Origin: Octopus sinensis | Taxonomy: Eukaryota | Direction of reading: 5' to 3' | DNA length: 64,000 bases | Assembly (NCBI RefSeq): GCF_006345805.1 | Contig: NC_043011.1 | Coordinates: 42,978,464 to 43,042,463, forward strand | In this document: piece by piece, positions 26,232-38,967 of the stretch | Position numbering within the stretch: the stretch's first letter is position 1 | Layout of the letters: each line of letters starts with the position of its first letter | Program-made: the position numbers and the translations under genes | Notes under the pieces: model-generated | The model's database searches: none | Told to the model about the DNA's origin: nothing | Seen by the model: only the letters and a program-made list of their open reading frames with translations

Positions 26232-26542
26232 AGATAATACTATAATCATAAATGATTATATATTGAATTTTGAGATACCAGAAGGCACCAACTCCACTCA
26301 GTATCAGAGCGAGCTAGAATCCGCAACTGGTATCACCGAATTCAATTTGTGAATGAAACGATTGTGTCAACAGCCCCTTCCCACCCGCGTGTAGCCAAAA
26401 CAAGATGCTGTGGTCATCTACTGAGATATAAAATTGGTTATCCGTAATAATGAAGGGTGAAATTAATTAATTTGGAAAAATTATCAATTACACCAAGTAG
26501 TCTTCGGCATGTAAAAGCCTCATTCGAGGAAAATTTAAGTAT

Positions 26543-26642
<100 letters not shown>

Positions 26643-26705
26643 GAGCCTATATTTCTATAGTACCAGAAGCTGAGCCAACTTACAATACACGTGTATCTCA
26701 CGCAC

Positions 26706-27089
26706 GTGGAGGCGCAATGGCCCAGTGGTTAGGGTAGCGGACTCGCGGTCGTAGGATCGCGGTTTCGATTCCAAGACCGGGTGTTGTGAGTGTTTATTGG
26801 GCGAAAACACCTAAAGCTCCACGATCTCCGGCAGGGGGTGGTGGTGATCCCTGCTGTACTCTTTCACCACAACTTTCTCTCACTCTTACTTCCTGTTTCT
26901 GTTGTACCTGTATTTCAAAGGGCCGGCCTTGTCACTCTCTATGTCACGCTGAATATCCCCGAGAACTACGTTAAGGGTACACGTGTCTGTGGAGTGCTCA
27001 GCCACTTACACGTTAATTTCACGAGCAGGCTGTTCCGTTGATTCGGATCAACCGGAACCCTCGTCGTCGTAACCGACGGAGTGCTTCCA
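26706..27089 (+). mobile_element. tRNA-derived SINE family C, full length
   Basis: tRNA-like head with A box (tggcccagtgg) and B box (ggtttcgattcc); body shared with 22995, 34318 and 7565. Confidence 0.9.
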
Positions 27090-27503
27090 TCTCACGCACA
27101 CGCACGCGCGCGCACAGATACATATATACATATATCGAAATAGTAAGACAGAGTAATGGTGGTCACGCGTATGTATTAATGCGAGTGACAATAATCTTTA
27201 TTGTAAATTCTGTTGCTGAAGTAATCCTTTCTGTGTGTCAGCCATTAACTATTTCTGTTTATTTGACTCATTTACTTCCTACCTACCTACCTACCTACCT
27301 ACCTACCTACCTACCTATCTACCTACCTACCTACCTACCTACCTACATACATACATACATACATACATTCATTCATGTTTACATACATTCATATATACAT
27401 ACTCTTCTCTTTATCTTTCTTTCTCTCTCCCTCACTGTTTGTATCTATATATTAATGCATCTAATTATTTATCTATGTATTTATTTGTTTGTCTATGTAT
27501 ATA

Positions 27504-27539
<36 letters not shown>

Positions 27540-28588
27540 TGTATGTATGTATGTATGTATGTATGTACATATTCTTTTATTCTGTTAGTCTTTTACTTGC
27601 TTATGTCATTTGACTGCGGGCATACTGGAGCACCGCCTTCAGTGGAACGAATCGACTTCAGGACGTATTCTTCGTAGATCTAGTACTTATTCTATCTGTC
27701 CTTCTGCCGAACCGCTAAGTTACGGGAACATAAACACACCAACATTGGTCGTCAAGCGATGGTGAGTAGACAAACACAAACACACAAATATGCATATATA
27801 TTTATAAATATACGACGGACTTCTTTCAGTTTCTGTCTACCAAATCTACTCACAAGGCTTCGGTCGGCTCGAATGTGCCACGCAGTTGGACTGAACCCGG
27901 ATCCATGTGGTTGGGAAGCACGCTTCTTACCACACAGATACGCTCTTTATTCTTTTACTTGTTTCAGTCATTTGACTGCGGCCATGCTGGAGTATATATA
28001 CAAATAAAGGCATTATTATAAATACATAAAAAACAACAATAATATAAGTGCCCAGCAAGCATTAAAGCCAAAAATGCAAATTCATAAATTCATAATTAAT
28101 TATTAATTGTAATTGATGGTACACGGAGTACTAGCGTTGCTCGAAATAAGATTCGAAAAATACTCAAAGAAGCCACCATTTCACTGAAAATACAACAGGC
28201 TGACGAAAATCGAAAAATCGCAAATGAGGATCACAGATACACCTATATCACGTGATTTCGAACATTGAGATGTTTCTCTTAGTTTTCATCAGTAGGTCTC
28301 GCTGTTAGGTAAGTGTTAAATTAATATTCGCTTCGTCTTGTCTCGCAAAAATTGTCGATCGACCAGCGCCAAATTCACACGCTATCAGTGTATAAAATAT
28401 GCATAAATAAATAAATAAATAAAGATATTAGTATTGTTATTATTATCAATAATAAATAATAACAATGATATAAGCGACCTGCAAGCATTAAAGCCAAAAG
28501 GACAAATCTATAAATTTTCGTCAGCCTGTTGTACTTTTAGTGAAATGGTGGCGTCTTTGAGTATTTTACGACGACTCTTATTTCTAGA

Positions 28589-28630
<42 letters not shown>

Positions 28631-29178
28631 TATTCGATTTATCACACACACACTCTCTCTCTCTCTCTCTCTCTATTTCTATCTCTATCAATCAATCTTT
28701 AAACCATTTACTTATCTGAAGATTAGTATAGCTGTTTAAGTTTGTATTATATATAAATCGGACCATGTGTTCAAGTGTTTCTTCGGGCGTATGTATATAT
28801 ATTCTAGTATGTTCCGAATATCTAAGTCAATGTATGTCTGCGTTTTGCATAATTACGCGTCTTTAAAGGGAATCACTATAATGGAAGATGTCTGCGTTTC
28901 AAGTACACATGTACTTATTCTCCAAACTTTATCTCTGTTTTCTACCATAGTTCGTTCTTCCACTGTCTCTCTCTCTCCCTCTCCTTCGCTTTATCTTTCT
29001 CTCTCCGTCTGTCTTTCTCGCAGCTTGTCTCCCTCACCCACTCTCTCTGTCTGTCTCTTTCTCTTTGTCTGTTATTCTCTCTCCCTCTCCCCACCCTCTC
29101 TCTCTCACTGTCCCTTGCTTCCCGCTCGCTATGGGATTATCTATATTGCTTTCTCTTACATTTGTGTTTAAATGTGTA

Positions 29179-29219
<41 letters not shown>

Positions 29220-29725
29220 ATATATATGTGTGTGTGTGTGTATGTGTGTGTGTATGTGTGTGTATGCGTGTGTGAATTCGTATAAACACATACACATCTA
29301 CATACACATATGCATATATACGTATATATGTATCTGCGTAATGTATGTATGTATCTGTGTAATGTATATATGTATGTATATATGTATGTATATACGTATG
29401 CATTTATGTATGTATGTATGCATGTATGTATGTATGTATTGCATGAGGGTTATACCGAAAGTAACGCAAAAACCGGCATAAATTTTTTATCAACTGACCT
29501 AAAATATGTATGTATCTGTGTAATGTATGTATGTATGTATGTATGTAGTATGTATGTATGTATGTATGTATGTATGTATGTATGTATGTGTGCATGCATG
29601 TACGTGCATGAGGGTTATACCGAAAGTAACGCAAAAACGGTCATAACTTTTTATCTAGTGACCTAAGTCATTCAAATTCCATTTGTTGTTTATCTCTTGC
29701 TCTGTACACAGAAAGTGCTGCTCAA

Positions 29726-30408
29726 TAAGGCGGCGGGCTGGCAGAAACGTTAGCACGCCGGGCGAAGTGCGTAGCCGTATTTCGTCTGCCGTTACGTTCT
29801 GAGTTCAAATTCCGCCGAGACCGACTTTGCCTTTCATTCTTTCGGGGTCGATTAAATAAGTACCAGTTACGCACTGGAGTCGATGTAATCGACTTAACCC
29901 GTTTGTCTGTCCTTGTTTGTCCCCTGTGTGTGTAGCCCCTTGTGGGCGGTAAAGAAATAGAAAGAGGTATTTCGTTTGCCGCTACATTCTGAGTTCAAAT
30001 TCCGCCGAGGTCGACTTTGCCTTTCATCCTTACAGGGTCGATTAAATAAGAACCAGTTACGCACTGGGGTCGATGTAATCGACTTAATCCGTGTGTCTGT
30101 CCTTGTTTGTCCTCTCTGTATTTAGCCCCTTGTGGGTAGTAAAGAAATAGGTATTTCGTCTGCCGTTACGTTCTGAGTTCAAATTCCGCCGAGGTCGACT
30201 TTACCCTTCATCCTTTCGGGGTCGATAGATTAAGTACCGGTTACTCACTGGGTCGATGTAATCGACTTAATCCGTGTGTCTGTCCTTGTTTGTCCCCTCT
30301 GTGTGTTTAGCCCCTTGTGGGTAGTAAAGAAATAGTATAATATATACATGTCAATAGTACAGTACCCTCTATGTTTAGCCCCCTTGTTAGCAATAAAGGA
30401 ATAAGAAG
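29726..30408 (+). mobile_element. SINE family A trimer plus extra tail, within one target-site duplication
   Basis: gtgctgctcaa at 29715-29725 and 30409-30419 brackets head + three bodies + 28-bp unique segment + partial tail. Confidence 0.8.
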
Positions 30409-30955
30409 GTGCTGCTCAACATTTATTGCAATCGATGTACTTGATTCAATGTTGAGGTCAGCTCGTGAATCCTGTTTTAAAAAGCTTCAGGAATTCACTG
30501 CTGTACTCAATTATTTACAGTCATTTTTATCTCGTCAGAGAAATTCAATCTACTATAATGCATTGTGACCACAGATAAAATGTTCAGGAAGCTCGCGGAT
30601 TATGGTTCATTTGCCCACGCAATGTTTTCAATGTTGGTTCCCACTTCTTTAAACTTCTTCCTTCATCTGTGCATATCATTACACTTTTCGATGGTGTCAT
30701 CTCAGTAAACAACTAGTCTACTATGGACATCGTCAAGAACACAATAGTGGGATGTTGTTCCTGTTCGGAATCTATTTTTTCACTTGCGATGAAGAAGAAG
30801 AACAAAGACGAGAGTTATTATCAAGGAAAGTATATTCTACTAACATGGGAAATTTAAGAGACATTTGTTGGTTAGTAAAAATACGTTATACACACTTTGG
30901 CGTTATTTCCAGTACAACTCTCGTCTTGTGTACGTATGTGAGTGGGCGTATGTGA

Positions 30956-31004
<49 letters not shown>

Positions 31005-31159
31005 TGTGTGTGTCCATGAATGTATTATCTATAAACCCATCCGTGGATATTTCATTCCATATACGATTGTTTGTTGTTTTTTATTTTATATTTTTCGTAT
31101 ATTAATATACTTTTACAGCTAATTTCGTAACCGTACACACACGCACACACACATGCAAC

Positions 31160-31241
<82 letters not shown>

Positions 31242-31799
31242 CGGAAATGGATGTGCTGGCTCTTAATAGCAATGGCGTTTAACTCCTACAACGTGATCTC
31301 ATATAGCGTTGTATGCGATCCGACGATGGCTAAAACCTAATACAAAGAAAATGTCTGCTATTAGCGTAAAGCACGAAGCATCATTTTGTTATTCCTTTAT
31401 TTCATCTGTTACAAATGCTTCTATATTCGATTATTTATGATGTCATTATAAATGCAACTTATAAAAGCAACACTGCGGAGAGTATTCAATCACTCGAAAA
31501 GATTCTTCAGACAGGGTCGAAATACAAATCACAAGCATACGAGCATTTTATATAAATTCTTGAGAGCTACAAGGTAGACGATGGGAGGAGAGGAGTCGGA
31601 ATTAGATGTAGCTTCGTCTGTCGCAACAAATATATATAATGGCATAGATAACGATGATTCCGCAGACGGAATGATAAATTGCAAAACAATGTATATTGTA
31701 ATTTACATCCTTCTTCGTTTTCCCTGGTAGTGCATGTACATAGGAGTAGCGGCTGTGGTAAGATACGTGATACCGTAATATATAATTGATCTTTCGGTG

Positions 31800-32230
31800 G
31801 ATTAAGAATTCTCACTTGTAAATTCAGTCACTTTTAATGTTTGTCTCTGGGATTTGTTGAGGGACATGGCATGTAAACTGTAGGGAACTGTGGCATATTT
31901 TATATTGAAATGTGTCCGTGGAAATGTTTGGAATTCGAGGGATAAATATATATATTTCTTTACTGCCCACAAGGGGCTAAACATAAAGGGGACAAACAAA
32001 GACAGACAAAGGGATTAAGTCGATTAAATTGACCCCAGTGCGTAACTAACTGGTACTTGATTTATCGACCCCGAAAGGATGACAGGCAAAGTCGACCTCG
32101 GCGGAATTTGAACTCAGAAGACGAAATACGGCTACGCATTTCGCCCGGCGTGCTAACGTTTCAGCCAGCTCGCCGCCTTCTCGAGGGATAAGCAGCACAA
32201 TCTGTCGGGAATGTTACTCTTTTTCAGATG
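31800..32230 (-). mobile_element. Helitron helicase remnant interrupted by a SINE
   Basis: Minus strand ...HAMSLNKSQRQTLKV resembles AMTINKSQGQTL; interrupted at duplicated tcgagggataa. Confidence 0.55.
31946..32180 (-). mobile_element. SINE family A with 11-bp TSD
   Basis: TSD tcgagggataa at 31935-31945 and 32181-32191. Confidence 0.9.
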
Positions 32231-32393
32231 TGACTAACGTTAATTGTTGACTGCCAACTTAGTAGCATTGTATACGCATTAGAGTATACTAGTTTCTAGC
32301 AATAATAATTTGAGGTCTTTCCAATTTGAGTCTATGATTTGACCCACCAGTATTGTTCCATTTAAAATGTGCACTTGTGCGCGCGCACAAATA

Positions 32394-32689
32394 TCTTTAT
32401 ATATAAAAGTAAGGTTGTGTGTCTGTCTCCTACGATTTAGATTCCTACCAACTCCCACATTTTGCGGTGCAGTTTAACCAAAAGCGGGCATCTTATAGTC
32501 GTGATTCATATCGAGCCCTTCTGGGTATTAGTCCATGTCTACGATGAGTCTACAATTTAAAAAAAAATTACCATAATTTTTTTTCCATGTTTAATGCATT
32601 TTTTTGCTATTTTTTGGCTATAACTCTCTAAAAATTCTTATATAGTTATTTCCCTTACAAAACCGAGCAACGCCGGGCGATACTGCTAG
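32394..32689 (+). mobile_element. Non-autonomous Helitron
   Basis: a|TC start, 3' hairpin ccgagcaacgccggg, CTAG|t end; homologous to 52107-52620. Confidence 0.85.
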
Positions 32690-33167
32690 TTTTATATAAT
32701 CAGGAAAGAAAAAAATGTGCGCACACAAGCTTTTCAAGATGAAATCAGATATTTTTCACTGCAAAATTTTGTGCGTTGAGTATTTGCATGGGTACGCACA
32801 TATATTGCAAAGAAAGACAAAATTTGCATACAATGTAAATCTCTGTGCATGCCCACAATAATATATGAGTGGGAACATGGCTTGCCATCAGTTCACAGTT
32901 TCTTTGGCTTGCAAATCTGATGTTACCATGTAAATAAATATAAGATATATATCTATACACACAAGCACTCACAATTAGCAGAATAAAGATGCTATTTATG
33001 AAATAGAAATGTGCGAATTGTTATAAATGTGCGTGTTCACAATGTCAATTATCTGCTCAAAATATTTGTCGTGTATTTTCAACATATAACTACGCAATGT
33101 TTTAATATATTTGTTTAATAACAGTATATTAATTTTAACGGACACATGTACAATGCAATCAGTACTT

Positions 33168-33950
33168 GGTGAGCTGGCAGAATCGTTAGCACGCCGGGCG
33201 AAATGCGTAGCCGTATTTCGTCTGACGTTACGTTCTGAGTTCAAATTCCGCCGAGGTCGACTTTGCCTTTAATCCTTTCGGGGTCGATAAATTAAGTACC
33301 AGCTACGCACTGGGGTCGATGTAATCGACTTAATCCATTTGTCTGTCCTTGTTTGTCCCCTCTGTGTTTAGCTCCCTTGTGGGTAGTAAAGAAATAGGTA
33401 TTTCGTCTGCTGTTATGTTCTGAGTTCAAATTCCGCCGAGGTCGACTTTAGCCTTGGTCCTTTCGGGGTCGATAGATTAAGTACCAGTTACTCACTGGGT
33501 CGATGTAATCGACTTAATCCGTTTGTCTGTCCTTGTTTGTCCCCTCTGTGTTTAGCCCCTTGTGGGTAGTAAAGAAATAGGTATTTCGTCTGCTGTTATG
33601 TTCTGAGTTCAAATTCCGCCGAGGTCGACTTTAGCCTTGGTCCTTTCGGGGTCGATAGATTAAGTACCAGTTACTCACTGGGTCGATGTAATCGACTTAA
33701 TCCGTTTGTCTGTCCTTGTTTGTCCCCTCTGTGTTTAGCCCCTTGTGGGTAGTAAAGAAATAGGTATTTCGTCTGCTGTTATGTTCTGAGTTCAAATTCC
33801 GCCGAGGTCGACTTTACCCTTCATCCTTTCGGGGTCGATAGATTAAGTACCAGTTACTCACTGGGTCGATGTAATCGACTTAATCCGTGTGTCTGTCTTT
33901 GTTTGTCCCCTCTGTGTGTTTAGCCCCTTGTGGGTAGTAAAGAAATAGGT
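33168..33950 (+). mobile_element. SINE family A tetramer
   Basis: Head unit then bodies starting at 33397, 33580, 33763 (183-bp period). Confidence 0.9.
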
Positions 33951-34317
33951 ATAATATATACATGTCAATAGTACAGTCGCTCTTACTAAAGAGAATGTTG
34001 AGGTGGTGACTCGAAGAACTCACGTGCACAAGACGAGGACACATACATCAGCAAAAATATATCTACGTTTGAAGAATTTACAAACTTCAAGAGAACGGGC
34101 ATCCTTTTTGAATGGAGCATCTCATAGCAGATTAGCAGCGTGTAAATATTGGTGTAATAAACCCTTGGATAGAAAGAATCAAAGGCTGCCTGTGAGACTC
34201 GAATTTACATCGCCTGTAAATGACAAGCGTTCCACCATTAGTCCAAAGCAACCATTCGAACTTCTCTATTCGTTTTAGAAATTTATTCTTTCTAGAGAGA
34301 ATTGTTTTTTTTTTTAG

Positions 34318-34702
34318 GGGAGCACACCGTCGGTTACGACGATGAGGGTCCCAGCTGATACGATCAACGGAACAGCTTGCTCTTGGAATTAACGTGCAAG
34401 TGGCTGAGCACTCCACAGACACGTGTACCCTTAACATAGTTCTCGAGGAGATTCAGCGTGACACAGAGTGTGACAAGGCTTGTTCTTTGAAATACAGGTA
34501 CAACAGAAACAGGAAGAAGAAAGAGTGAGAGAAAGTTGTGGTGAAAGAGTACAGCAGGGTTCACCACCACCCCCTGCAGGAGCCTCGTGAAGCTTTAGGT
34601 GTTTTCGCTCAATAAACACTCACAATGCCCGGTCTGGGAATCGAAACCGCGATCCTACGACCGTGAGTCCGCTGCCCTAAACACTGGGCCATTGCGCCTC
34701 CA
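34318..34702 (-). mobile_element. SINE family C
   Basis: Reverse complement of 26706-27089. Confidence 0.85.
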
Positions 34703-35836
34703 CAGAGAGAATTGTATACCATTGACGTTATGCAATTTTTCTCATCCAATTGTTAAAGGCTATTATTAATAGCTTTATCTCCTTTCTCTTGCAGTTTATT
34801 ATTTCTAATGACGCCAACAACATACACTTTTCGCTTGCTAGAATAAAGCTCCTAAAATAGGTACTAAAAATTCGAAGGGCTACTTTAGTCCAACGGCAGA
34901 ATGTCTGTCGTGTAGGCAAGCTGATCGAACCCCGCGAGCAACTTTCTAATTTTTTCCTGTCGAACGGATTTTTAACCTAATTTTACACGCTATTATAGCT
35001 GTATCTACTTCGAGATTCACTGTTCCAAAAAGAAGGATTATATTTAAATATGTCATTTTCTGTCTTGCCATATCTTCTCGCGTATCTGTCTCTTTATCTT
35101 TCTCTTTTCGTCTTCTCTTCTGCTTTGTTTATCCCTCTAGGAATATTTGTCCGTCTGTCGTTATATCTGTCTCTCTCTCCCTTTCCCTTTCTTTCTCTTT
35201 AACATCAACAATAAATCAACTAATACTGCGTGGTACACACGTACACACACAAACAATTTCTAATATATAACAAATGCATCACATCAGGTTTGATAAATTA
35301 TACCAAAAATGTCAGAAAAAAATTTGTTAGCACTCGATACAAAGACGTAATATAATGGTATTTGCATTTATAAATCAATACTTGTTAACTTCATCCGACT
35401 AACACTTCACACACACAGTGTACAACCATCTAATTTTACTCACCTTAGACCTTTTCCCCTTCTTTCCTCTTCTACTGCCCCCTTCTATCTATCATCGACA
35501 TATTTTTGCTTTTTCTAGAATTACCTTCTTTTGCCACAACGACATATTTTAATCTATCTTAATCACGCAACATTTTGGTTCCTTTTCAACTTTCCACAAA
35601 TACATGATTTTTGTAGTTTCTTTCTTATTTGTTTTTGTTTTTCGCCAGTGACTCGACTTTGGGTCGAGCTATTCACCTTGCCGGAAACGGAATTCGGGGA
35701 GAATTTTTTTTCAAAATACTTCTCGTAATTTTCTACATTTCTGTGCCTGTGTGACCGGAAACCATGAAATCAACGGTAGTTCAGGTGTTGACTGACATTA
35801 TATTATTTTTAAACCACACACACACACACACACACA

Positions 35837-35877
<41 letters not shown>

Positions 35878-35971
35878 TATATATACGCACATATATATGT
35901 ACATATATATATGCATCTATATATGTATATATATATATACATGTGTATGTAATATTTATATATATAGTTGC

Positions 35972-36002
<31 letters not shown>

Positions 36003-36544
36003 CATACTAAATATATGTATATATAAATATATATATAAATATATACGTACACTGAGTACGTGTATACACCACACATACACACACACACACACACACAAAA
36101 TTAATTTTGACCGAAAACATACTTGGTGCCAAGATTGAGAGGGAAAGCTACATGTTTTGTTCATCATCCCTCAAAACTTAAGGAAGGTGGTTACACAGTC
36201 TTCCTTCGAATAAAAATAAGGGAAAAAAAATTAAATTCTTCAAGTTTCAGTGGATTCATCTGTGCTTTAAAGATAAGGACACTAAAAATAATGATAAATG
36301 TGTAATCATTAGTAGCACTTCACCGTATACTATAAGGAGCTCGAAGTGTAATTTATACTTGGAAGAAATATTCCATTTCTTTACTTCTAATCAAAGGTAA
36401 TAAAATCACGAAAACTAATTAGTTCTAAAATGCTCGCATTCCTTCAGAAAAGAACTTAGATACTTTCAAAATAAGTATTTTTAACTGGATAGAAGTGCAC
36501 ATACGTAAACCTAGCCAAATAATCGCAAATTTAATTTAGTTAGT

Positions 36545-36906
36545 TTTTGGATTTGGTTTGCAAGATTCTTTATATGAGTTCGTGTGTTGAAGCATATTCT
36601 GTTGTGTCTGGGGAGAGTCATTTTCTTTTTGTACTTTATAATGTAACACACTCACCGGTAAAATTTCCACTTTTTTCTTATTTTTATTTTCCTAAAATTT
36701 TCGTTGCGTCTTGCAACCTTTTCAATAGTCTTGACTCTCAACCTTTTCAATAGTCTTGAGAGTCAAGATTATTGAAAGGGTTGTTAGACGCAACGAAAAT
36801 TATAAGAAAATGAAACAATAGTCAAGAAACAGTGGAAATTTTACCGGTGAGTGTGTTGAATTATAAGGCACAAAAAGAAAATGACTCTCCCCAGACACAA
36901 CAGAAT
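36545..36906. repeat. Foldback repeat (family shared with 44817-45129)
   Basis: 36596-36740 inverted at ~36750-36906. Confidence 0.85.
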
Positions 36907-37419
36907 AATTTAGTTAGGTTTTAACAATCTCACAATAAACCGCAAAATGATAAGGTTTTTTTTTTGTGGATTGCGACTAAATACGTTTAGAATTTCGAAA
37001 TACTTTACTCATCTCAATCAACACAACCCTTCTAATATTCAAAAAGTATAAAACTTTATGGAATGGACTGGTCTCACGACGAAAATTGAAAAGATATCTA
37101 TTTATCGCCTCTTTACTTCCTCTTTCTATCAATTCCTTTAAAACCTATCCATTTATCGTATGTCATATAATATTATCCTCATTATGAGTAGCCAGTGACG
37201 TGAATACATCCTGACCTAATTGAGGTTTTCTTTTCTACTACGAAGTATATAAAATGATCTATTCTCCTAAATATTAAAAAAAGTATTTCTAAGTCTATGG
37301 ATACTGGAAATATAGTCATATTGTATTTCAAAAAACTCTCTACTGTCATGTACCCGAAGGTTTTAGATTATACTTTAATAAGAACAATCGGATCATCAGT
37401 TTGATCCACACACCCGCAT

Positions 37420-38815
37420 GGCTAAAACGTTGAACAAAACTGCAAGTGAATGTCTACCTTGGATGAATAATTGCGGTGGGGGAGATAAAATTGAGAGTGA
37501 TGGTAGAGGGCAAGAAGCCCCGATGCTACAAATGCGGCCAAAAAGGCCACATTAGCGCGGTGTGCCCACCACTAACCGCGGAGAAAAAAACAGCTCCCCA
37601 TCGAAGGAGACATCAACTATTCCGAGGGGGATATCAACTGCTCTGAAGGCATCATCAACTGCTCCAAAAACTAACCGGACCTCCACTACCAGCAAAACCA
37701 TTACTAGCGGATGCAGAGGAGACAAAGGATGAAGAAGCGGACGTCTGGGAGCTGGCTGGAAGGAAGAGAAGACAAGGGATAGTCTCTGCCCCCACAGATG
37801 CTCTAAAAACACACGTGCGCACACACAAACTTCACGCACACACACATAAAAAAAACCCACACAGTATATGCAATCCCATCCCCCCGCTCCACATGGCTAT
37901 AGCAGCCATAAACAATAAAGAAACAAAATCTTAGAAAAAGAAATATTGAAACAAAAAGAACACAAAATATTATAGACTTCTATGCAAAACCATCATTCCA
38001 TCGAACATTGAATTCTATAGAATTAATTACAAAAACTATGAACGTTTAAAGAAATCCTACCCAAGTGATATCGGTCCTTGGGTGAAAAGTTTCTCGGATA
38101 TTTTATACAAAGATCTCGTAAAAGACAACCCACCAACCACAGCCTAGCCAGTCGAGGTGAGGCCTCCACCTCACCTCGATTAAAATGAAAGTACCCTCTT
38201 GTTTTCGCTCGACTTAGGAGTGTTAACGCTCGCGGCCTGGGGTCAGACTGGAAACAAGGACGTCTCCTTAACCACCTCAAGTCGCATCGGTTTGATGTAA
38301 TAGCTATTACTGAGACCAGACTGAGTGGACTGCAAGCCATTCACCCCTCCTAAATGACTACGAGAAAGTTATTTCTCCATGTCAACATGAAGGGTAGGGA
38401 GACGTCGTAGTGTTGCTCAGAAAGGCACTCAAGCTAGTAACAAGAACTATCTTTGTTGACCCGAAGGGCATGTTGGTCGTCCTCGAACTGACACACAACA
38501 GTGAGTCTTTCAGGCTGATAGCTGTCTACGCCCCTTGCAGGATAAGTCAGTTAGTCTGACTTTTTCCGAGTCCTAGAGAATTTTCTTGGTAGATTGCGTA
38601 GGCTCGAATCCAGATAGGAGGGGTAACTCTTGCCTCAACGTTTTCGAGTGTTTTCGGGAAGCTTTGCCAGTTCGTGATAAACTCTCTTGGCACGCCACTC
38701 CGGTTTCGCCTACGTGCCCACGATGCAATCAGAGCAATGAAACTGTTCCGCATGCAATCGTGCAGTGTTCGAGTCTCCCGGAACTGTGGGTTTATGTCGA
38801 GCAACTGCTGTCACA
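37420..38815 (+). mobile_element. Internally deleted L1/Tx1-like LINE: gag zinc knuckle, AP endonuclease N-terminus, C-terminal zinc-finger region; RT absent
   Basis: CYKCGQKGHISAVCP (37524-37568); SVNARGL...FDVIAITETRL and VDPKGMLVVLE...FRLIAVYAP (38220-38545); ALPVRDKL...CPRCNQSNETVPHAIVQC (38650-38770). Confidence 0.85.
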
Positions 38816-38967
38816 ACTAATTACGGATTATCATTTATAATATTGTTTAAACATACGTTCAAGTCTCTGAGCCCATGTATGTCTCCCTTTTTTGTCCTGT
38901 ATTGTCCCCTCTATGTTTAAATCCTGTAGTTAGTGGAGAATAAATTCGTTTACCGAACGCAGCAAGC

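Larger units (their letters stand above)
24130..26541 (-). repeat. Tandem array of four ~600-bp monomers (retrozyme / Penelope terminal repeat-like)
   Basis: Monomer starts at 24130, 24728, 25333, 25937; near-identical; junction '...aaatttaagtaa|tactaagc...'; flanked by (TA)n on both sides; hammerhead motif in each. Confidence 0.9.

Noticed and set aside
26706-26780. tRNA gene
   Set aside because: A and B boxes continue directly into a SINE body found in several copies; these are SINE heads, not tRNA genes.
31480-31515. ctgt-CTGAAGA hammerhead-like start on the minus strand
   Set aside because: Second core half is degenerate and stems are inconsistent.
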